Below, piece by piece: positions 58,275-64,000 of a DNA stretch of 64,000 nucleotides (positions are counted from its first letter, which is position 1; the number at the start of each line of letters is the position of its first letter). The notes beneath the pieces are model-generated. The model was not told the DNA's origin. It searched no databases and worked only from the letters and a program-made list of their open reading frames with translations. The stretch spans positions 1-64,000 of the forward strand of contig OZ223519.1 of NCBI GenBank assembly GCA_965140785.1. Reading direction: 5' to 3'. The translations under genes and the position numbers were made by a program. The stretch is from an uncultured Ruficoccus sp. GTDB taxonomy: Bacteria > Verrucomicrobiota > Verrucomicrobiia > Opitutales > Cerasicoccaceae.

Positions 58275-59552
58275 ATGATGATGAACTCGTTTGCTTCCCG
58301 CTTATTAATCGCATTGCTCAGTCTTGGCATGGCTGCCGTATGCCAAGCCTCCGATGTTACCCCGGCACCTCAGTTTCAGGCCTTTCTGGAGAAGGCTTCC
58401 AAGGGAGAGCCCATTGTTATAGCCTATCTCGGTGGCTCTATTACTCAGGGTGCGACCACCTGGCCGGTAAAAGGTGAGAGTCCCGACGGGCGTCCTTTTG
58501 ATTACTCTTCTTACAGTGCCGATGCGGACTCATGGCGGGCTTTGACTTACGAATGGCTGCGCTCGAACTATGAGCAACGTCCCGGACAATTCAGGCAGGT
58601 CAACGCGGGAGTCGGTGGTACCCCGAGTCTCCTCGGAGCCTATCGCCTGGAGGAAAACGTCCTGAGTGAAAATCCGGATTTGGTTTTCTTGGAGTTTGCT
58701 GTCAACGACAACGGAAAGGCCAAACTCACGGCTAACAACCCCGCCGAGGACGATTCGATATACCGAACGAATGCCTCGATCATTCAACGCTTGCGTGAGC
58801 AGAATCCGCAGGTGGCGATTTTTATGCCCCTGAGCACACACCGCATGCTTGAAGGCTCGAGCTATACCAAGTGGGCGGAGGTATTGGACCTGGGCCTGGA
58901 AGAAACGCGTAAGGCTGCGGAAGCCCTGCGTGTGCCTTACCTGAGTCTCAAAGAGGCATTTTATGGTAATGGGGTCAGCCCTGAGGCAGCCTTGTACTAC
59001 GATGGAGATGACAGCGGGGGCAATTACGTGCACCCATCCCCCTTGGGTCATGAAGCCTACGCGCTTGCCGTGCAGGAAGCCCTTGCTGAGTTGTTTGACG
59101 CGGGAACCTTTGCGTTTGCGGACGAGGCGCTTGTCATTGCGCCTTACCCGATTTCACCCCGGATAATTTCCCCGGATGAATTAGTCTCATATGAGCCGGG
59201 CTGGACCAGTGAAGTCCCGGAAAAGCCGAATCTACCAATCATGGAGGGTAAGCCATTTCTGGTAGCCGGTGCGTCCGGTGAGTCACTGGTGTTTACTTTT
59301 GAAGGAACTGCCATCGGTATTTGGTGCGATGCCAAGAGCAAGGGTGCCATGATGATTGAGCTGGATGGTGTTACGCTGGGTAAGTATACAAACCGTATTG
59401 AAGAACGCGGCAAATACAGCGGCCGATTCTCTGTATTGAGCAGCGGCTTAGATGGCTCCATACCCCATACCTTGAAGTTGACGTCTGTCAGCGAGCCGGA
59501 TGCCCCGGTGCCTCATATTCTGATCTACGGCTTATGTGTTGATGAGGGGTAA
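58275..59552 (+). CDS. Secreted SGNH/GDSL hydrolase
   Basis: Signal peptide; LGGSITQG, NAGVGGT, EFAVND, VHPSPLGH. Confidence 0.88.
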   Translation: MMMNSFASRLLIALLSLGMAAVCQASDVTPAPQFQAFLEKASKGEPIVIAYLGGSITQGATTWPVKGESPDGRPFDYSSYSADADSWRALTYEWLRSNYEQRPGQFRQVNAGVGGTPSLLGAYRLEENVLSENPDLVFLEFAVNDNGKAKLTANNPAEDDSIYRTNASIIQRLREQNPQVAIFMPLSTHRMLEGSSYTKWAEVLDLGLEETRKAAEALRVPYLSLKEAFYGNGVSPEAALYYDGDDSGGNYVHPSPLGHEAYALAVQEALAELFDAGTFAFADEALVIAPYPISPRIISPDELVSYEPGWTSEVPEKPNLPIMEGKPFLVAGASGESLVFTFEGTAIGIWCDAKSKGAMMIELDGVTLGKYTNRIEERGKYSGRFSVLSSGLDGSIPHTLKLTSVSEPDAPVPHILIYGLCVDEG

Positions 59553-59689
59553 GCTCGATAGCGGTCAATCGCGATATTGCGAGGCGACGGATTGCCAGCC
59601 TGTCTGTTTTCTGCCAGAAGTCTTGCCACTGGACGCTTCTGTTGCCGCTTTCTCAAATGGCATGAGGCTGTATAGGCGAGGGTAGAGAT

Positions 59690-60451
59690 CTAGTCGAAGT
59701 AATCCTCGCCGAAGTAGTAGTCGAACTTCTCCAGTACTTTCGTTCTCTCAAGGCTTTCGGTGTGACCGTCCGCAAAGACCATATTTACGTGTCCACCGTG
59801 GCGGTCTACCGGGAAATAGCTATCCTTGGCCGACTTCACCTGATAGGGAATGATTTGCCATGTGGACAACGGAAAGTTGGAGCTGGTTGGGTTTAACGTC
59901 TCACTATACAGGGCCGTGTGGGAAGGGGCAGTGATATTATGGGCATAGTTCATGGCCTGGGCATCGTCAGGGCGAACAAAGACATAGCGATTTGCTCCAT
60001 AGTGGGTAACCGGATATGCCATCGTGCGATCAACAGAGGGGCAATAGAAGGTCTCCAGGTTATACTGCGTAGCGGTGCTTTGGTCGTAGCCTAGACTTGT
60101 GCTGTGCGCACCGAGGTATGGTCTGAGCTCCTTGTACCAAAAAGACTTGTAGGAGCCATCAACTCTGAGACTTATCAAGGGATAGCGATTATTGTTTTCC
60201 GACGTAAAGAGTATGGTGGCTGCTCCCAGTTGACGGAGGTTGGCGATGCACTGGGTATTTTCACGTATGTCTGTAATTTTGCTGTAGGCCGCAAACGAGA
60301 TAGCTGTGAGTACAGAGACTACGGCGATAGAGACAAGGAGTTCTACCAGCGAAAATGCCTTCGCACGGTGCAGGTGAACGTTGCGAGATGGAGTGCGTGC
60401 GGGGTAAATTGATGAGCTTTTCATCGTAAGACTTAAGCTGGCTGTCTTCAT
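59690..60451 (-). CDS. Prepilin-type N-terminal cleavage/methylation protein with an H-X9-DG motif
   Basis: AFSLVELLVSIAVVSVL, CIANLRQL, FYCPS, RHGGHVNMVFADGH. Confidence 0.9.
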   Translation of the reverse strand: MKTASLSLTMKSSSIYPARTPSRNVHLHRAKAFSLVELLVSIAVVSVLTAISFAAYSKITDIRENTQCIANLRQLGAATILFTSENNNRYPLISLRVDGSYKSFWYKELRPYLGAHSTSLGYDQSTATQYNLETFYCPSVDRTMAYPVTHYGANRYVFVRPDDAQAMNYAHNITAPSHTALYSETLNPTSSNFPLSTWQIIPYQVKSAKDSYFPVDRHGGHVNMVFADGHTESLERTKVLEKFDYYFGEDYFD

Positions 60452-60524
60452 GGTCGGGTTAGGGGCGAGAATGTAGCGCACAGGATACCAGCTTTCTCAC
60501 CTCAAGGCCTTCCTGTAATGGACA

Positions 60525-60583
60525 TACTCTAGCACCATAGCGACAGGGGCTGGGTGTACGCAGTAGCCACGGGTGCTAGAGTA
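60525..60583. promoter_or_regulatory. 12-bp inverted repeat upstream of the prepilin gene
   Basis: TACTCTAGCACC-N35-GGTGCTAGAGTA. Confidence 0.5.
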
Positions 60584-60599
60584 CCTCTTCATCGCCAAG

Positions 60600-61649
60600 C
60601 TAGTTTTCGGTTCGGGAGGGCGTATGCGTGGCACGTTTTGGCGACTTCGTATGAGAGGGGGAATATCCGCCGGGGACCTGATGCGCGCTGCGGTATTCTG
60701 AGGGCGTCATATTATAGGTCTTTTTGAAGGATCTCGAGAAGTGGTTGCTGTCGTTAAAACCTGAAGCAAAGGCCACCTCGGTAATGGTCATGACGGGGTC
60801 CCGAAGCAGGCGCTCTGCGCGCCTTAGACGCAGATAGTAAATGTACTCCGAGGGAGTCTGTCCGGTGCACTGCTTGAATACGCGGAAAAACTGGCGTCGG
60901 GAAAGCCCGCAGACTTTGCCCAGCTCAACAATGGATATCGGCTCATCAAGCTGTTGCTCCATCTTTACAATCGCTTTGGCCACCCGGCGGGGGTCCGTGG
61001 CTTTTTCACCCGCGGGGTATCCATGCCAACGCGAGAGCAGGGCTATGATCATGGCGAGTTGTGCCCGGGCGACAGAGGTGTAGCCTGGTGAAGCCTGCTG
61101 TATCTCCACATCCAGTTCGTTGGTCAGGGCGAGGAGGCGAGCCAGTTGTTCGGGGTTGAGGTACATCAACTGCTTGAAGTCGCCTTTACTGTTCATAGGC
61201 GAAGCCAGTTCAAAAAGCGTCCGATACGCCGGGACGTCGGGAAACTCCTTAGCGGAAAATCCGAGGATCTCCGGGTAGAAACAAATATTGAGAATTTCTA
61301 GCGAATCCGGTTTTTCGATGCTGTGTTCGTGGGGGCCCTGGATGACGAAAACGTTCCCGGCTTTCAGTTCGAATTCCTGGCCGTCGATTCGATTCATCCC
61401 GAAGCCACGTATCACGATGCCAATTTCTGTAAACTCGTGACGGTGTACCGGAAAGGCGGGATGTGAATGAATCCTCATGACGGCGATTGGGCACTCATCC
61501 GTGCAAACCCAGTCGCGCTTTAGCACGAGTCGGCCATCGCGTATTTCGTAGCCGGCTAAGGCATCCGGCAGGTCTTCGTAATGATAGTAGCCACGCAGTA
61601 TATTAACAATCTCTTCGTAGGCCTTTTCTCCTTGGGAAGGGTCGCTCAT
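60600..61649 (-). CDS. AraC-family regulator (RhaR/RhaS-like)
   Basis: HRHEFTEI cupin; ITEVAFASGFNDSNHFSRSFKK. Confidence 0.92.
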   Translation of the reverse strand: MSDPSQGEKAYEEIVNILRGYYHYEDLPDALAGYEIRDGRLVLKRDWVCTDECPIAVMRIHSHPAFPVHRHEFTEIGIVIRGFGMNRIDGQEFELKAGNVFVIQGPHEHSIEKPDSLEILNICFYPEILGFSAKEFPDVPAYRTLFELASPMNSKGDFKQLMYLNPEQLARLLALTNELDVEIQQASPGYTSVARAQLAMIIALLSRWHGYPAGEKATDPRRVAKAIVKMEQQLDEPISIVELGKVCGLSRRQFFRVFKQCTGQTPSEYIYYLRLRRAERLLRDPVMTITEVAFASGFNDSNHFSRSFKKTYNMTPSEYRSAHQVPGGYSPSHTKSPKRATHTPSRTEN

Positions 61650-62023
61650 GGGGAGTATTATTCTAGAGTATCGACTCCAGTTGCGCTCAGATGCTAGCAT
61701 ACGAATACAGGATTTCAATATATTCGAGCGATATACGCAGAGGTTCCTTTGGGGTATTTAACCGGGCGCCTGTTTGAGGCTGAGGTTTCGCTCGTTGGGG
61801 TACTGACAGTGGGATTCCGCGTTGTAAATAATACTAGATGAATGACTTATGTCATCTAGGGAGTATTTCCATCGCGGATTGACAGACGTTACGGCGGGAG
61901 GCGCGTTCATTTCTACCACAGGGGGGGCAATATAGCCTGCATGAGCGTGCCATTCCCCTGTCTTTGGGTGAACTATTGCGCCGTAAGGCTATTCCCAGTC
62001 TGCCCGGCATCGGGGCATTCTGC

Positions 62024-63412
62024 TTAATGCGATTTCTTGTAGGGCCAGGCTGAAGGCTGGTTTAGTGCATCCCACGCCTTCCATGCTGCCGTCATGGCTT
62101 CGACACGCTGCGGATCTTCCTTTGCCAGATTCTTCTTCTGGAGCGGGTCCTTTTCTATGTTATAGAGCTCTGCGCGCCCATCTGGACCATCGAAGCCCAG
62201 AAGCATCCAGTCGCCTCGTCGAATACCCCACAATTTGCTCCAGGCGTAGAGCTTGTAGCATAAGGTGTCGTGCGGAGCAGACGTATCCTGCCCGGTGATG
62301 TAAGGCATGAGGTTCACACCTTCGAGTTTGGGCTGGGCGTCCGCTTGTGGCCCTGCCAGCGCCACTGCTGTGGCAGCAATATCCAGTGAGCTGACCGGAT
62401 ACGGGTAAACTTCACCAGCGGGGATCGTGCCAGGCCATTGAGCGACAAACGGCACGCGAATACCACCTTCGTAGAAGTTGCCTTTGACTCCGCGATAGGG
62501 CGCATTGGAGCCACCGCCGTGTTTGGGGGCGGCTCCGTTGTCGCTCAGGAAAAACACCAGCGTGTTTTCGGAGATACCCTCCTCGTTGAGCGTATCCAGT
62601 ATTTGCCCAATGCCGTCGTCCATGGCGATCACCATGGCCGCATAGGTCCTGCGGTCGGGTTCCTCAATACCCTCTACGCGATCAAGATACTTTTGGGTCG
62701 CCTGAAGGGGGACATGCGGGGCTGTGTATGGCAGGAAGAGGAAGAAGGGGCCACTCGCATTGCGTTTAATAAATGACACGGCTTCGCGACTGAAGGCGTC
62801 AGTCAGGTAATCGGCTTCCTCGACGATGCAATCTTCGTTTCGGTAAATATCGCTCACACGGTCCACCTTCAGGTATTCGGTGGCCCAGCGGTAAGGCGGC
62901 TTATAGTCGCTGGATCCATTACCGATGCCGTAAAAGAAGTCGAAGCCCCGCTGAAGGGGAAGATACCCATCGCCGGTTCCGAGGTGCCATTTTCCAACAA
63001 TCCCGGTGGTGTAGCCGGCCTGGCCTAAGCGGGTCGCAAGGGTCGTTTCTTCGAGGGAAAGTCCCAGGTGGTCGGCATCGCGGACAGGAAAGTTGAACTC
63101 GAACCCGCTACGCTGCTGGTAGCGTCCGCTGATCAGTCCTGCGCGGCTTGGGGCACACTGCGGCGCGGTGACGTAGCCTTGTTCAAAGAGAACGCCGTTT
63201 GCGGCCAGGCGGTCGAGGTTTGGCGTTTCAATATCCTCTGAGCCGTAAGCGCTCATATCACCAATGCCAAGGTCGTCGGCGAAGATCACGATGACGTTTG
63301 GCTTGGGGGCTGGCTCGGCGCTCAGAGTCGGCACTATGCATGAGGATAGTGCGGCGAACATACTGGCGACGCAAAAGGCTAGGGCGCGGGGAGATTTAAA
63401 CGGTGCAATCAT
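62024..63412 (-). CDS. Secreted formylglycine-dependent sulfatase
   Basis: PNVIVIFADD, CAPSRAGLISG, GKWHLG, APHVP, SDNG. Confidence 0.94.
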   Translation of the reverse strand: MIAPFKSPRALAFCVASMFAALSSCIVPTLSAEPAPKPNVIVIFADDLGIGDMSAYGSEDIETPNLDRLAANGVLFEQGYVTAPQCAPSRAGLISGRYQQRSGFEFNFPVRDADHLGLSLEETTLATRLGQAGYTTGIVGKWHLGTGDGYLPLQRGFDFFYGIGNGSSDYKPPYRWATEYLKVDRVSDIYRNEDCIVEEADYLTDAFSREAVSFIKRNASGPFFLFLPYTAPHVPLQATQKYLDRVEGIEEPDRRTYAAMVIAMDDGIGQILDTLNEEGISENTLVFFLSDNGAAPKHGGGSNAPYRGVKGNFYEGGIRVPFVAQWPGTIPAGEVYPYPVSSLDIAATAVALAGPQADAQPKLEGVNLMPYITGQDTSAPHDTLCYKLYAWSKLWGIRRGDWMLLGFDGPDGRAELYNIEKDPLQKKNLAKEDPQRVEAMTAAWKAWDALNQPSAWPYKKSH

Positions 63413-63635
63413 GGGAACAAGAATGGATGTTTATGGGGGTGAGTATATGTCATTTGCATGCGCTCATGCCATCCGCTCCGTGCCATAATCGGTGTATGAA
63501 ATGACATTAGGGGCAAGCGCATTACCAAGCGATGCGATTACCGACAGTAGAATGACACGCTGTGCCAATCGCATTACTTTGGTCTGAGAACAAATTGCAG
63601 CTAGCTTCTCGAACACCGAGTCGCAATGGGCCGCA

Positions 63636-64000
63636 TCAAAGCGGGAGTGGTTGTTTACTCTGGCAAAATACGTCGCGAATCGCCTCCAGGTACCCCATGC
63701 CGTGCCTGGTGTCTGGCTCCAGGTAGCTCCCTTCTGTCCATTCGTTCCATGCATTTATGGTCATGAACGGATGAGGCGGATTATAGGATTCCAGCTTCTC
63801 GCGTATTTTTGCGGCCGAGGTTCGAAAGGCTTCCGGTGTGTTGCCCCCGATAATTGGCGTAAAGGGGTAGCCCCGTTGTAGATAGCGATCGGATTGTACC
63901 GTGCGTGGGCTCGGATCCCAGCCCATGCTGAGGTTTGGATAATAGGGTAGTTTAGATTCGCTCTGCGCCTTTTCCCAATATTCCATGTATTGCTGCTCAA
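63636..64000 (-). CDS. C-terminal part of a WbsX/GH99-like glycoside hydrolase (partial)
   Basis: GWDPSPR, INAWNEWTEGSYLEPD; runs off the window. Confidence 0.8.
   Translation of the reverse strand, partial: EQQYMEYWEKAQSESKLPYYPNLSMGWDPSPRTVQSDRYLQRGYPFTPIIGGNTPEAFRTSAAKIREKLESYNPPHPFMTINAWNEWTEGSYLEPDTRHGMGYLEAIRDVFCQSKQPLPL

Noticed and set aside
1..64000. tRNA, tmRNA or rRNA integration target
   Set aside because: No cloverleaf or T-loop signature recognised by eye near either repeat or the recombinase; tRNAscan-SE or ARAGORN would settle it.

Overview
Accessory, mosaic 64 kb window from a bacterium that looks like a member of the PVC superphylum, probably Verrucomicrobiota/Opitutia. 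This assignment is inferred from PEP-CTERM proteins, prepilin/H-X9-DG proteins and the LacI subfamily. Layout: (1) an IS630 end abutting copy 1 of a ~445 bp non-coding repeat (339-782); (2) a lower-GC sugar-catabolic locus (1.0-14.4 kb) whose leftward arm is broken by many frameshifts; (3) a prophage-derived replication/recombination core with iteron-like repeats, scars where packaging genes were lost, a Fic-MerR gene and a DUF2924 / large serine recombinase module (14.5-27.7 kb); (4) an intact, high-GC starch/alpha-glucan utilisation locus sharing one operator-like motif (27.9-51.3 kb); (5) copy 2 of the repeat (51449-51895, last 60 bp identical to copy 1); (6) an IS3/IS3-remnant/IS1595 pile-up and a sulfatase locus. 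Best candidates for something undescribed: a capsid-less, serine-recombinase-driven cargo island bounded by the long repeat, and a recurring pseudopilin (plus PEP-CTERM in two of three cases) embedded in SusCD-less glycan loci. All protein calls are by eye from motifs; no database search was run.
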